DNA from: Candidatus Poribacteria bacterium
Lineage (GTDB): Bacteria; Poribacteria; WGA-4E; JAJDTR01
Length of the DNA: 64,000 nucleotides
Direction of reading: 5' to 3'
Assembly (NCBI GenBank): GCA_965222225.1
Contig: CBDCTK010000002.1
Span: 2,304,001-2,368,000 of the forward strand
In this document: positions 1 through 10,976 of the stretch, piece by piece
Position numbering within the stretch: the first letter of the stretch is position 1
Layout of the letters: every line of letters begins with the position of its first letter
The notes under the pieces: model-generated
Seen by the model: only the letters and a program-made list of their open reading frames with translations
The model's database searches: none
Told to the model about the DNA's origin: nothing
Made by a program: the position numbers and the translations under genes

Positions 1-38
1 TCCAAATATAGAGAAATGGTATAAGTAGGGGATAACAA

Positions 39-75
39 GGGATTTTTATCGAGATCCTTATTCAATCGCTCGATC
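39..75 (-). repeat. 37-nt GATC...ATCCC repeat unit (diverged copy)
   Basis: Reverse complement GATCGAGCGATTGAATAAGGATCTCGATAAAAATCCC aligns without gaps to the 37-nt consensus. Confidence 0.75.
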
Positions 76-92
76 GCTGCTAGCGCTTTCGG

Positions 93-118
93 AGGCTGGT
101 GCGCGGTGCGCACCCTAC
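93..118 (-). repeat. GTAG-type REP hairpin (empty form)
   Basis: Reverse complement GTAGGGTGCGCACCGCGCACCAGCCT, identical to 23899..23924. Confidence 0.8.
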
Positions 119-173
119 AGGGTGTTACATCTGTAACCAAAATGTGTAGATCCCAATTAGGTAGGAGGAATGA

Positions 174-1343
174 GTGATAACCAAATTCGACTATTTTTAC
201 GGAGGCCATGTGGAAATGGAAAACCTGGGCTTTCAAGGCCTCCCCGTTGACGACAGGGTGGAGTCGGACGCCCACCTCAATACGGTCATCGACGAATCTC
301 GGTCTATCGCCGAGTTGATGGACGGATTGAACTTTGACACGCTCTGGCTCGCAGAGCACCACTTCCAGCGAGAGGGCTACGGCTGCGTCCCAAACATACC
401 GATGTTAAGCCTATATCTCGCACAAACCACCAAGAACCTGAAGTTCGGCGGCTTTTTTAATACCATTCCTGCGTGGCATCCACTTCGGTTGGCGGAAGAT
501 TTCGCCACGGCAGACATCATGACGGGTGGCAGGGTTAAGTTCGGGCTTGGTCGCGGCTACATCAATCGCGAGGTAGAAACGCTGGGCTCACCGCTTGATG
601 ATGACCAAGAGAACCGTGAGAAGTTTGAAGAACAGGTCGAGATTATCTTCAAGGCTTGGAATGAGCAGTCCTTCTCGCATCACGGCAAATTTTATGATTT
701 GCCGCCGAAGGTTATCTACCGTGAGCAGGAATTGGACGAGATTACGCTCGTACCGCGTCCCGTGAATCGACCTGTCGCGTGTTGGCAGCCCATATTCAGC
801 GCCAGTCCGCGCGGCATAGACTTCATGGTGAAGCACGGGATTAAGGGCGTCGTACCGTCGGGCGGACGCGCTCACAAGATTGCAACGCAGTGGAGAGAAT
901 CGCTATCCCGCGCCGGGCGCGACACACAGCTTGGAGAGGAACTCGCGCTCGTCCTACAGATACACATTGCCGATACCCAAGAGAAAGCGATTCGGGAAGC
1001 CACGGTTTGGTTTGAAGAGCAACTCAAGGTACTGGCGCCGTTAGGACGGATGCCGCAACTCTCCAGAGATCAGATTTTGGCGACGTACGATCCGGAAACA
1101 GCGGGGAGCGCCGGACTACCAACTGTGTACGATTTGGTTCGTGACCGCGCATGGATCTGTGGACCGCCGGAGCACGTGTACGAAAAACTCTGCGAGATTC
1201 AGGAGGAGTTCCCCGGTCTGGAGCGCGTGTGCATCGGTGCCGGCGCGCTAGCGATTCCGCCCAGCGCAATTAGGAAAGACATTGAGTGGTTCGGCAGGGA
1301 AGTCTTGCCGAAGTTTCAAAGCACAACTAACCTCACGGCTTAA
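174..1343 (+). CDS. LLM-class (luciferase-like) flavin-dependent oxidoreductase
   Basis: WLAEHHF, HPLRLAEDFATAD and GRVKFGLGRGY motifs; AGGAGG RBS before GTG start. Confidence 0.9.
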   Translation: MITKFDYFYGGHVEMENLGFQGLPVDDRVESDAHLNTVIDESRSIAELMDGLNFDTLWLAEHHFQREGYGCVPNIPMLSLYLAQTTKNLKFGGFFNTIPAWHPLRLAEDFATADIMTGGRVKFGLGRGYINREVETLGSPLDDDQENREKFEEQVEIIFKAWNEQSFSHHGKFYDLPPKVIYREQELDEITLVPRPVNRPVACWQPIFSASPRGIDFMVKHGIKGVVPSGGRAHKIATQWRESLSRAGRDTQLGEELALVLQIHIADTQEKAIREATVWFEEQLKVLAPLGRMPQLSRDQILATYDPETAGSAGLPTVYDLVRDRAWICGPPEHVYEKLCEIQEEFPGLERVCIGAGALAIPPSAIRKDIEWFGREVLPKFQSTTNLTA

Positions 1344-1372
1344 ACCAAAATTCGTACGCAAAAAGGAGCTAA

Positions 1373-2173
1373 ATGATAACTCAATACAGAGCGAATCACA
1401 CCAAAGCTGCCCTGCTTAGGGGTGAGACCATCACTGTCCCGGAAATTATCCGCGTATGTGACCCTATCGTCGTTGAATTAATTGCTGAAGCAGGGTTCAC
1501 CTGCGTTTGGATAGATATGGAGCACTCACACCTCAATTTGGACAGGCTATCGAACATGATTTTGGCGGCGCGAACTGTCGACCTTGATGTGATTGTACGC
1601 ATTCCCCATGGGCCATACAATCAGGTGATGAAACCCTTGGAATTGGGTGCTAGTGGTCTGATTTGGCCACACTGCAAGAGCGCGGATGAGGCAAGGCAGT
1701 TCGTCCGTATGGCGAAGTTTCGACCGCTCGGTTTGCGCGGTATGGGTGGCGGCAGAGATTCCCGATTCGGGAAGATGGTGCGTAAAGATTTTTTCGATCA
1801 AGCCAATGAACACACGCTACTCGGCGTAATGATTGAAGACGAGGAAGCGGTAGATGATGTGGAGGCTATAGCTGCCGTTGAGGGAATTGACCTTTTATTC
1901 ATAGGACCGGGAGATCTTCGGCACAGCTACGGAGTAGAACGTGAAGGAGGGGACCAGATTGACCACCCCAGGATTCTTGAGGCATTCGACAAAGTCGGCG
2001 AAGCCTGCCGCGCTCACGGAAAGGCGATGGGTACAGCCGTGGGGCCCGGCGAACCTATGCGCGCCGTTTTTGAGAGGGGAACTCGCTGGTTTAACTGTTG
2101 TCACGATGTCACGGCGTTGACGGACGGCTATGGGCAGGCATTGCGTGCCACGAATGACATCGTGAAGCCTTAA
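1373..2173 (+). CDS. HpcH/HpaI aldolase family protein
   Basis: WIDMEHS, VMIED and LFIGPGDL motifs. Confidence 0.9.
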   Translation: MITQYRANHTKAALLRGETITVPEIIRVCDPIVVELIAEAGFTCVWIDMEHSHLNLDRLSNMILAARTVDLDVIVRIPHGPYNQVMKPLELGASGLIWPHCKSADEARQFVRMAKFRPLGLRGMGGGRDSRFGKMVRKDFFDQANEHTLLGVMIEDEEAVDDVEAIAAVEGIDLLFIGPGDLRHSYGVEREGGDQIDHPRILEAFDKVGEACRAHGKAMGTAVGPGEPMRAVFERGTRWFNCCHDVTALTDGYGQALRATNDIVKP

Positions 2174-2296
2174 GACGATTTTAATATCTACAATCCATCC
2201 GATTCGACGACGGAATCCGGTTTACATGCGGGTAAAATGCAAGGAACCCCTCTCATGAATCCCCCACAGCGCGCACCCTACAAGAAACCGAATTCA

Positions 2297-4612
2297 ATGA
2301 CGACTTTACAGAAACTAATTATTTCTTTGACGGTGGTCATCACAATGGAGACCTTATACGCCAACTCATCAGCGTTCGGAGAACACAAACTCAAAATCCT
2401 GCATAACGGCGCGGGATCGCTCACGGTGAAGATTGATGACCGATGGGGACGCAATCATCAACCGTACGACGGTCGTGGGACGATGATAGCAAACGGAGAA
2501 AAGGGAGATGCCGGAATTTGCGTTGTCGGCGTCAACCCGCTCGACCGACAGAAGGATTGGACGACATCCTGTGCCTTCTCGGCTGCGCCCAATGTTGACC
2601 GCTCGTTCAACGCCATGCTCACCATTGGGCGATCGATTGAGGCAACCTTTGATGCCGAAACTTTCCACTATATCGGCTTGCACTGTTACTTGGATAAGGA
2701 CGGTTATCCACAAGGCTGGATACATACACAGGAATCCACGGAACCCGTGCCGACCATGAGCTTTGAGCCGGGTGTCAAGGCTGCGTACAACGGGAAGGAT
2801 AGGTTCACCTTTCAATTCTTCGCGGCAAAGCGAAATCCCGTCAGCCCCCAAATCCTCACCGTTATCTTTAGTAACGGCAGCGCCGAATCACGTTGCGTGC
2901 TTGATGCCAAAACCATCCGCCCCGCCCCGTACCGTCCATGGTTTGTCGCTTACGGGACTCCCAATCTTTTCTACTGCGGTCCGCCGCAATGGACAATCCA
3001 TTCTGTCGATTATGACGCGGATCCCTACGTCCCCGAGCCGACCATTCTCGCGGATGCCCCCGCCATTGTCCCGGCGCCCAAGGAAATTCGCTGGTCAGAG
3101 CCGAAATCGTGGTTCACGCTTAATCAGGAGGTAGCGGTCGATGCGGGCAAACAGGTTGAAAGCCCTGCTGTCGACTCTATACGCCGTCAGATTATGGAGC
3201 GTTGCGGGGTTGCATTAAAGGGGCAGGGAAATCGTACCATCGCGGTTGGGGAACGAGGAGAGGGTAATGCGCGTCTTGATCGGTTTTGTCTTGAAGAAGG
3301 CATCTCTCCACCAGCCAATCACGAAGGCTACACGCTGGTCGTGCAACCCGATTTTGTAGCCGTCGTGGGATCTTCTACCGCTGGGACGTACTACGGCGTA
3401 CAAACGCTGGTACAAATGGCAATGGAAGATGTGGACACAGGCTGGCGGATACCGTGCGGCATCGTGACGGATTGGCCCGATTTTCCGTTCCGAGGCGTCT
3501 ATATTCAACATTCCGATATGGGGGAGGTGCGCGCCTTCTCGGAGAAGAAAATCAACGCCGTTGTGTTTGAAGGTTTTCTCAACTTTTTCGATCCCGATTC
3601 CCTCGATTCCGCCCGCCAACTCTTTGACGAATGTCGGCAGTACGGCATTGAGCCTATTCCCATGATACAAGGGTTCGGACACGGCGATGGAGTTATCAGG
3701 CACGACCCGAACTGGGCGGAGGGAATCTATGTCCAAAATGAGAGACTTGTATTTGCCAAGGGGATGAATCCGCCATCTGTCCCGCTTACACAACCAAATG
3801 TTATGCGCACGGAGCACACCGATATCCTCATCACCGACGAACGCGGAAACAGATACGAGGAGGGAACTGATTACGTTGTTATCCCGGGGGATATCGATCC
3901 GTACCAGCCTCCGGGTAAGCCGTTTGCCGTTGAACGCTTAGCGAACGGCAAAATTCCCGACGACGGAACGGTCTTCGCGTCATACGATTACGCGCCGCTG
4001 CGGGCAAAGAGTCGCTACGACCTCAGTTTCTGTCCAAGTGAACCGGCAACCTACGAGTGGCTCCGTGAGTTGGTAGAAAGCGCCGTTCGCGAGCTGAAGC
4101 CCCGTTATGTGATGATTGGCAGAGATGAACCCATGCGGATGAACACCGACTCACGCTGCCTTACAAGTGGAAAAACCAATGCCGAACTCTTCGCGTGGGA
4201 CGTGCAGCGTATGGTACAATTTGCGACAGTCGCGGATCCGACCGTTGAAGTATTGATGTGGGCGGATGCGGTCAATCCTTACCGGAACGCCTTTAGCCAC
4301 ACGACCAACCCAACCGGACCGGCTATCGACCTGTTGCCTCGACAGGTGATTGTGATGCCTTGGTTTTACGGCAACTTTGAAAGACACACCATGGCAAACT
4401 CGGTTGAGTTCTTTCATCGACACGGTTTTCGTACCGTAGGCGGTGCGTCAAGACATGTTATAAACCCCGCACACTGGGCGGAGGTGGCTTGGGAATTTCG
4501 CGGGCAAGAACAGGGGATGCAAGGACTGCTGCTGACGCCGTGGGAGAATCCGGAAGGAGATTTTTCGCTGTTTGCGAGCCACGCGTGGACACACATCACA
4601 TCTCAGCGATGA
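2297..4612 (+). CDS. Secreted glycoside hydrolase, GH20-like (zincin-like domain 2 plus TIM barrel)
   Basis: IVPAPKE, EGYTLVV, YGVQTLVQ and DWPDFPFRG motifs; catalytic-type GRDE; signal-like N-terminus. Start uncertain (2237 or 2297). Confidence 0.75.
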   Translation: MTTLQKLIISLTVVITMETLYANSSAFGEHKLKILHNGAGSLTVKIDDRWGRNHQPYDGRGTMIANGEKGDAGICVVGVNPLDRQKDWTTSCAFSAAPNVDRSFNAMLTIGRSIEATFDAETFHYIGLHCYLDKDGYPQGWIHTQESTEPVPTMSFEPGVKAAYNGKDRFTFQFFAAKRNPVSPQILTVIFSNGSAESRCVLDAKTIRPAPYRPWFVAYGTPNLFYCGPPQWTIHSVDYDADPYVPEPTILADAPAIVPAPKEIRWSEPKSWFTLNQEVAVDAGKQVESPAVDSIRRQIMERCGVALKGQGNRTIAVGERGEGNARLDRFCLEEGISPPANHEGYTLVVQPDFVAVVGSSTAGTYYGVQTLVQMAMEDVDTGWRIPCGIVTDWPDFPFRGVYIQHSDMGEVRAFSEKKINAVVFEGFLNFFDPDSLDSARQLFDECRQYGIEPIPMIQGFGHGDGVIRHDPNWAEGIYVQNERLVFAKGMNPPSVPLTQPNVMRTEHTDILITDERGNRYEEGTDYVVIPGDIDPYQPPGKPFAVERLANGKIPDDGTVFASYDYAPLRAKSRYDLSFCPSEPATYEWLRELVESAVRELKPRYVMIGRDEPMRMNTDSRCLTSGKTNAELFAWDVQRMVQFATVADPTVEVLMWADAVNPYRNAFSHTTNPTGPAIDLLPRQVIVMPWFYGNFERHTMANSVEFFHRHGFRTVGGASRHVINPAHWAEVAWEFRGQEQGMQGLLLTPWENPEGDFSLFASHAWTHITSQR

Positions 4613-4782
4613 TAGGGGTTCGCGTCCTCCTGTTTGTAGTAGCACAGTTCATTGTGCGTTCCGAGGGAATAACGATCGTTATTCCCTTCTAGATACCTGC
4701 AATCCATCGCACAACTACGACGAAGTTATGTAAGTCCTAGCAGAGTTACACAATCCACTACATCAACACTGGAGCAATCAAC

Positions 4783-5189
4783 ATGCCCGTAATCAGAACC
4801 AGCGAAAAGAAGATGGGACAGGACAATCGGCCGGAATGGTGCGGTGTAACCAATGCCGGCGTTTTCCAGGTGCCGACTGAGAATGGCCGTGCTGACGCCC
4901 ATTACCACGATTGCAACGAATACTGGTTGATTTTCCGTGGCAAAGCCACAATCATGACCGAAGGCGAGACCTTCAAGGCGAGACCTTCTATGTGAAACCC
5001 GGCGACATTGTCTGTACCAAAGCGGGAGACGAGCATGATATACTTGAGGTCTACGAATCTTTGGAGGCGTTCTACTTTGAAGATGCGACGCCCGAAGACG
5101 GCCGCGTCGGCCATCTGCATCGTGACGCGGAGAAAGCCAAAGGTCATCCGGTTCCGAATCTCCCAATACCCGAGGATTTTCCACAATGA
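4783..5189 (+). pseudogene. Cupin-domain protein, frameshifted by a 14-bp tandem duplication
   Basis: HYHDCNEYW in the 5' frame and VKPGDIVCTKAGDEH in the 3' frame; AAGGCGAGACCTTC repeated at 4961-4988. Confidence 0.85.
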
Positions 5190-6250
5190 ACAAACCCCTT
5201 GAATGTATTCAAATCGGCGTAGGTGGACAGGGACGGCACTGGTGTGAGGCGGTAGTGCCTCGTCTTATGGATCTGGGCTTAGCAGTGCCCATTGCCGCTG
5301 TCGACATCAATGCGGACATTCTCCCCAACGCCAAGACGTATTTGGGGCTTAGCGACGATCAGCTTTACACCAGCGCGGAGCAAGCGCTCGCGGAGCACAA
5401 GCCCGATTTCATCAACATTGTCGTTCCTCCCGCCCATCACGAGGAGATGGCAAATCTCGCAGTGGAACACGGATGCCACATTTTATCCGAAAAGCCGATA
5501 GCCGACACGATGGCGGCGAGCTGCCGTATCTACCACAGGGTCGAGAAGGCGGGACTGAAAATGGCTGTTACCATGACCCACCGGTTCGACCAAGACAAGC
5601 AGACCTTGGAGCGCGAAATCAAGAGCGGAAAGTACGGCAAACTCAGCAGCCTGATTGGGCGCAATTCTTGGGATTGCCGCAAGTACGGTAGCTGGGGACA
5701 CTTCCGTCACGACATTCCCGACACCCTTCTGATAGAGGGTACCGTTCATCATTTCGATATTATCCGTGCACTCAGCGGCGCAGATGCCAAGACGGTGTAC
5801 GCCGTTACGTGGAACCCACCCTGGGGAGAATTCGCGGGTGATTCTAACGGCTTAATCATCATAACCATGGCAAACGGCGTTCAAGTGTTTTACGAAGGAA
5901 ACAAGACGAGCGCGACCGCCACTAACAACTGGAGGCGCGAATATTTCCGGGCGGAATGCGATCTTGCTACACTGGAACTCGACAACCGCGAGTTGCGGGT
6001 CATGAGCGACCTCAGCGGTGAACGTGTTGTAGACAATAAACCGCTCTTGGAGCAATCGGCATGGTGCAATCCGTGGCTCGGAGAAACGTTCGTACACTGG
6101 CTCAACGGTGGCGATGCGCCGCCAAACTCGCTGGATGACAACATTCAGTGTTGCGCTCTGCTGTTTGCTGCCATCGAATCTTCTCATACCGGAAATGTCA
6201 TTGACGTGCAGGACTTCCTCCAAACAAACTTGAAGGCCGTTGCGGACTGA
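5186..6250 (+). CDS. Gfo/Idh/MocA family oxidoreductase
   Basis: GVGGQG Rossmann motif, SEKPIA, HHFD. Confidence 0.9.
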   Translation: MNKPLECIQIGVGGQGRHWCEAVVPRLMDLGLAVPIAAVDINADILPNAKTYLGLSDDQLYTSAEQALAEHKPDFINIVVPPAHHEEMANLAVEHGCHILSEKPIADTMAASCRIYHRVEKAGLKMAVTMTHRFDQDKQTLEREIKSGKYGKLSSLIGRNSWDCRKYGSWGHFRHDIPDTLLIEGTVHHFDIIRALSGADAKTVYAVTWNPPWGEFAGDSNGLIIITMANGVQVFYEGNKTSATATNNWRREYFRAECDLATLELDNRELRVMSDLSGERVVDNKPLLEQSAWCNPWLGETFVHWLNGGDAPPNSLDDNIQCCALLFAAIESSHTGNVIDVQDFLQTNLKAVAD

Positions 6251-6308
6251 GATTTGAACGTTTAGCACTAGATAAACGCGAGATTCTATGTGAAAATCTT
6301 AAAAAACA

Positions 6309-7428
6309 ATGTCAGAAGACTCTGAGATTCGCAATCTTTTCGACGCGCAGATAGAACACTTTCCAGATAAGAGTGCCCGATGGTTGTTCGAAGACAGAGA
6401 GAATGTCCGTGGATTATTGGAAATTGTCGCAGGCGAACTAGTTGAGTTAATCGACTTTAGCCAAATTGTGCAGGTTAATCGAAGCTTCATTCCGGACAAT
6501 CTGCGGGAACAAGAGTCTGATATGGTGTTTAGCGTGCCGTTTCAGAGCGAATCTAAAACGGACGAACTGCTGATTTATATCCTCATTGAACACCAATCCA
6601 CCGTTGACCCGATAATGGGGTTCCGAGTGCTCTTTTATTATGACACAGATTTGGGATTCTCAGCGACGGGAGTGGGAATCACAATCTGTTCCCAAAGGGA
6701 AGTGGCGTTTCCGTCCGATTCTCCCAATCGTGTTTTACACGGGTGAGCAGAGATGGACCGCCCCGCTGACCCTTGATGCGAAAATGGACATCCCCGATGT
6801 GCTCTCTCGATTTGTTCCTAAATTCGACACCCTGTTTCTAGGCGTCAAGGAAACAGACGAATCGGAATTAACGAAAGCCGACCATCCGCTTGGATGGTTG
6901 CTCACCGTGCTTCAGAAGGAACATGCAACTGTCGAAGCACTCAGCGACGCATTGATTGAAGCGTTATCGCATATCAACACCCTTGATGAAGCGAGCGCAC
7001 AGCAGAGGCGACGGGCAATTTCCTATTTGCTGCTCTTAATCCTGCACCGCCGACCATTTGAAGAACAAACAGAATTGACCCATCTTCTTGGGCAACACGT
7101 CCGACAACCGTCAGATAGAGAGGAGGTAGAACTCATGGCACAGACAATGGCTGAGCATCTCATCGAACAAGGCAAAGTTCAAGGTATTGAGCAGGGAATC
7201 GAGCGAGGAATTGAACAGGGAAAAGCTCAAGGCATTGAACAAGGGAAAATTCAGGAGAAACAGGCTGATGTTCTAAAAATCCTGCGACTCCGATTTCAAG
7301 CTGTTCCCGAATCCCTTGCCGGCGAGATTAACTTGATACGGAGCCTGTCACGTCTTGATACGCTCCTTGAGCAAGCGGTAACCGCAAAGACACCAGACGA
7401 AATTGACTTACACAATCACCACAGCTAA
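6309..7428 (+). pseudogene. Rpn/YhgA-like PD-(D/E)XK recombination-promoting nuclease (putative transposase), frameshifted
   Basis: ESDMVF, LIEHQS and PILPIVFYTGE motifs, C-terminal IEQG repeats; one extra base at ~6638-6639 splits ORFs 6309..6746 and 6640..7428. Confidence 0.85.
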
Positions 7429-7559
7429 AATCTTTCTCAACTAATCCATCCCGTTTTCGGGAAAAGCCACTTTGGGAAATTTCTTTGCAATATCGGATGC
7501 AGTTTATCTAAATTGACCAAGAAAGTCCTTATTACATACCCTTTGAAAGGAGACATCGG

Positions 7560-8609
7560 ATGAGGTGGACCTTACCAACCATTGCTCTGATGGTAGGCAT
7601 GGTTGATGCTACCTATAGCGAAATCAAAGATATTCAATGGAAAATTGGCCCCAACATCCCCGAGTTTAGAAAAGGGGGCTGTGCGACTGCTTTAGGAGGT
7701 AAGATTATCAGCGTATTCGGAATGCGGCAGCCTTGGGGAGAGATGGAAACTATGTACATCTATGACCCGGCGCAGGATTGGTGGCTCAGAGGGCCGAACG
7801 CCCCTATCGGACAAACCTATGTCCAAGGCACAATGTGCGAAGGTGCCTTCTTCGCCATCGGCGGTCGTATGCGTGGGGTACGTCCACACTGCTACAGTCT
7901 TGAGGACAAAGGAAACGGGGAGTACCTCTGGACACAGATGCCCGATTTGAACGAATCGCGGGGCTGGGCGCCCAGTGTTGCAATCGGATCAAAGATTTAT
8001 GTCTGCGGAGGTTCAAAGGGAAACCACGGCCCGACGATGAATTCGGTCGAGATGTTGGACACCGCCGAACCAAACCCGCAGTGGAAGATTGTTACTTCAA
8101 TACCGGGAAGGTCGCGCGGGTGGTTAGGCGCTGCCGCCGTGAAGGGACAAATCTACGTCATTGGCGGATCTCATGCTTTTGATCCCAAGCCCGAACGAGG
8201 CGATCTCAGAACACGTCTCGCAGAAGTTCTCGTCTATGATCCACAGACGGGAGCGTGGGATACCAAGAGACCACTTCCCTACCCGCTCTCCGGCATGGAT
8301 TGCTGCGTATATAAGGATCGATACATCATTGTGGCGGGCGGTGCCGGGCTTGTCGCCAGTTATAACGAGGAGATGATGAGAGCCTACACGGAAGTCCGGG
8401 AACACAAGTCTTACTTCACCCCCTTTATTCTGGTGTATGACACGGAATCCGACGAGTGGAGCCGCCTGCCGAGTTTGCTTCCGGTGCCGACAAACGATAT
8501 CCGAATCGTGTTACTTGGCAACAAACTTTACGCATTAGGCGGCGAAAACATTGAACCGGCGACGAGCAACACGACACCCTGGTTCCGCATCGGTGAAATT
8601 GTCGAATAA
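7560..8609 (+). CDS. Secreted kelch-repeat beta-propeller protein
   Basis: Repeated (I/L)YxxGG...YDP...W units; signal peptide; GGAG RBS. Confidence 0.85.
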   Translation: MRWTLPTIALMVGMVDATYSEIKDIQWKIGPNIPEFRKGGCATALGGKIISVFGMRQPWGEMETMYIYDPAQDWWLRGPNAPIGQTYVQGTMCEGAFFAIGGRMRGVRPHCYSLEDKGNGEYLWTQMPDLNESRGWAPSVAIGSKIYVCGGSKGNHGPTMNSVEMLDTAEPNPQWKIVTSIPGRSRGWLGAAAVKGQIYVIGGSHAFDPKPERGDLRTRLAEVLVYDPQTGAWDTKRPLPYPLSGMDCCVYKDRYIIVAGGAGLVASYNEEMMRAYTEVREHKSYFTPFILVYDTESDEWSRLPSLLPVPTNDIRIVLLGNKLYALGGENIEPATSNTTPWFRIGEIVE

Positions 8610-8664
8610 CCTCAGCCCATCTATACAATGCCCTAGGCAAAACCGCCCATAGGAGACAATCGGA

Positions 8665-9627
8665 ATGATTCGCGTTATCAAGCCAGAGGGGTTTGGCAAC
8701 ATCCAGTTGGAAGAGGTGCCGATTCCGGAGATTGAGAGCCGCCAAGTATTGGTACGAACCCACACCACGTTAATCAGCCGCGGTTCCGAGCTATTCCGTC
8801 GGTACATTCGAGAGGAAGCGGTTTCCCCTGCGATCATGGGATACTCCCTTACCGGCAATGTCGAAAAAATCGGTCGCGATGTCACGGAGTACCAAGTCGG
8901 GCAACGAGTGATGGTCGCAGCTCCGCACGCCCAGTATGTTGTCGGCGATGCCGATTCGACGAGAGGCCACCTTTTTCCCCTTCCCGACGATGTGTCCTTT
9001 GAGGAAGGGACATTCCTATTGCTCTCCACGGAGGCAACAGCTTGGGCGGCATCGTCCGGCATCAAGAAGGCGGACACGGTTGTCATTCTCGGACAGGGAG
9101 TGGTCGGAAGTTTGATGATGCAGATAATGAGAGGATACGAGCCTGCCAGAATCATCACCGTAGACGCGCTTCCGTTGAGGTGCGAAATCTCCAAAGAATT
9201 GGGAACTGATATCGTTATCAATGCTTCGGATGAAAATCCGGTCGAGTCCGTTCGTCACCTAACCAATGGGAAGGGGGCGGATCTCGTAGTCGATTGCGTA
9301 GGCGGGTACGCAGGGATCGAATCGTTTGAGCAAGCACAGGAAATGGTACGCGCAAGAGGCACAATCCAACTCATCGCGGTCTATCAACAGGCGCCGCTCC
9401 CGCTACACGCCGCCAAAATCATGCACAAGCGCCTTGTGGCTGGCAACTTGTCGGATGAGCCGCTAACGCAAAGGGCTTTCCAGGCGCTAGAAAAGATTCG
9501 CACCGGCGAGATACAGGCCGCCAAAATGATTACCCATCGCTTCCCCTTCAGGCAGGCGAAAGAAGCGTTTGATTTCTTGTGGAGTTCGCCGGGTGAAGCG
9601 CTCGGTGTACTGCTAACTTGGAGATGA
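8665..9627 (+). CDS. MDR-family (zinc-binding dehydrogenase-like) oxidoreductase
   Basis: ISRGSE, GYSLTG, GQGVVG, GADLVVDCVG and MITHRF motifs. Confidence 0.85.
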   Translation: MIRVIKPEGFGNIQLEEVPIPEIESRQVLVRTHTTLISRGSELFRRYIREEAVSPAIMGYSLTGNVEKIGRDVTEYQVGQRVMVAAPHAQYVVGDADSTRGHLFPLPDDVSFEEGTFLLLSTEATAWAASSGIKKADTVVILGQGVVGSLMMQIMRGYEPARIITVDALPLRCEISKELGTDIVINASDENPVESVRHLTNGKGADLVVDCVGGYAGIESFEQAQEMVRARGTIQLIAVYQQAPLPLHAAKIMHKRLVAGNLSDEPLTQRAFQALEKIRTGEIQAAKMITHRFPFRQAKEAFDFLWSSPGEALGVLLTWR

Positions 9628-9676
9628 TTCACGCTACCGAGAAACTCCTTCCGATACACACAAGATTGGAGAGAAA

Positions 9677-10816
9677 GTGAAGATTACAAATATCGAAACT
9701 TATCCTATCTGGAATAGGAGCTGGAACTTTGTTTTCGTGGTCGTGGATACCGACGAGGGCATTTATGGCGTTGGCGAAGCCGGTAGTCCGGGGCGAGAAC
9801 AAGCGCTAATGGGTCTCATTGAACACTTTAAACCTATGCTTATCGGGCAGGATCCCGGTCGAATCGAGCATATTTGGCAAAGCCTCTTTCGAGGCCTTTT
9901 CTTTCCCGCCCAGCGCCTTGAGAGCGCGGCAATCTCCGCCATCGATATGGCGCTTTGGGATATAAAGGGGAAAGCGCTTGGCGTACCCGTCTATGACCTG
10001 CTTGGCGGCAGAGTGCGTGACAAAGTGGTTTGTTATCCCCATAACGTCGGGCATCAGATGGAGATCGCACCCTTGGTGGAATCCTGCCTCGAAACGAAGA
10101 CGGCGGGCTGGAAGTTTGTACGCTTCGGGTTGCCTAACGATGGAGAGACGCTTGAACCGAGGCCAGTTATTCTCACGTCCATCAAGCAGTTTCAGGCGGT
10201 CCGCGAAGCTATCGGTGATGAAATCGAGATCTGTTTCGACGTTCACACTCGGCTCGACCTGCCTGATGCGCTTTGGCTGTGTAAAGAGGTTGAGCAGTTC
10301 CACCCGTTCTTCATTGAAGATCCGTTACGCGCGGAGAACCCCGACTCGTTTAAGACGCTGCGCCCCCGCACGACCGTGCCTCTTGCCGCCGGGGAGCAGT
10401 TTTGCTCCAAGTGGGAGTTCCGTCAGCTTATTGAAGAGGAATGGATAGACTACGCGCGCATTGACCTTTGCCACGCCGGCGGCTTGACCGAAGCCAAGAA
10501 GATTGCCGGATGGTGCGAGACGCATTACATAAAGCTGGCGGTGCACAATCCGATGGGGCCCATCTCAACAGCCGCGTGTTTACACCTGAACCTTGCCTGC
10601 CCCAATTTCGGCGTACAGGAGCAAGCTACTCCTCCCGGAACCATTCTCACTGATTTGATTCCAGGGCAACCCGTGTGGGAGGACGGATACCTGCTACCCC
10701 CAACTGCCCCCGGTCTTGGGATTGAATTTAACCGAGAAGCCGCGCCGAAAGAGGCATCACATATGAGTGAGATGCCTCGACTTTGGCGGCTTGATGGCTC
10801 GGTCACAAATTGGTAA
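9677..10816 (+). CDS. Mandelate racemase/muconate lactonizing enzyme family dehydratase (DgoD/RspA-like)
   Basis: DMALWDIKGK, DVH, FIEDP, GEQ and HNP motifs. Confidence 0.9.
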   Translation: MKITNIETYPIWNRSWNFVFVVVDTDEGIYGVGEAGSPGREQALMGLIEHFKPMLIGQDPGRIEHIWQSLFRGLFFPAQRLESAAISAIDMALWDIKGKALGVPVYDLLGGRVRDKVVCYPHNVGHQMEIAPLVESCLETKTAGWKFVRFGLPNDGETLEPRPVILTSIKQFQAVREAIGDEIEICFDVHTRLDLPDALWLCKEVEQFHPFFIEDPLRAENPDSFKTLRPRTTVPLAAGEQFCSKWEFRQLIEEEWIDYARIDLCHAGGLTEAKKIAGWCETHYIKLAVHNPMGPISTAACLHLNLACPNFGVQEQATPPGTILTDLIPGQPVWEDGYLLPPTAPGLGIEFNREAAPKEASHMSEMPRLWRLDGSVTNW

Positions 10817-10825
10817 GAATTGAGT

Positions 10826-10940
10826 GATCAAGCGAACGATCAGCTGAGCGGATAGCGAAGGCGATAGAGATCCCCTTGCCCCGCATTGGAGAGATTTGAT
10901 TGACGCCAATAATGCACTGTGAATTTTGGGAAATGGCATA
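10826..10940 (+). repeat. Stuttered 37-nt unit (10838..10874) followed by a conserved ~65-bp tail
   Basis: GATCAAGCGAAC + GATCAGCTGAGCGGATAGCGAAGGCGATAGAGATCCC + CTTGCCCCGCATTGG...GAAATGGCATAA; tail recurs at 52704 and 63907. Confidence 0.85.
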
Positions 10941-10976
10941 ACCACTCCTGTCTCGGTAAATAGCCAAGGTGAATGA

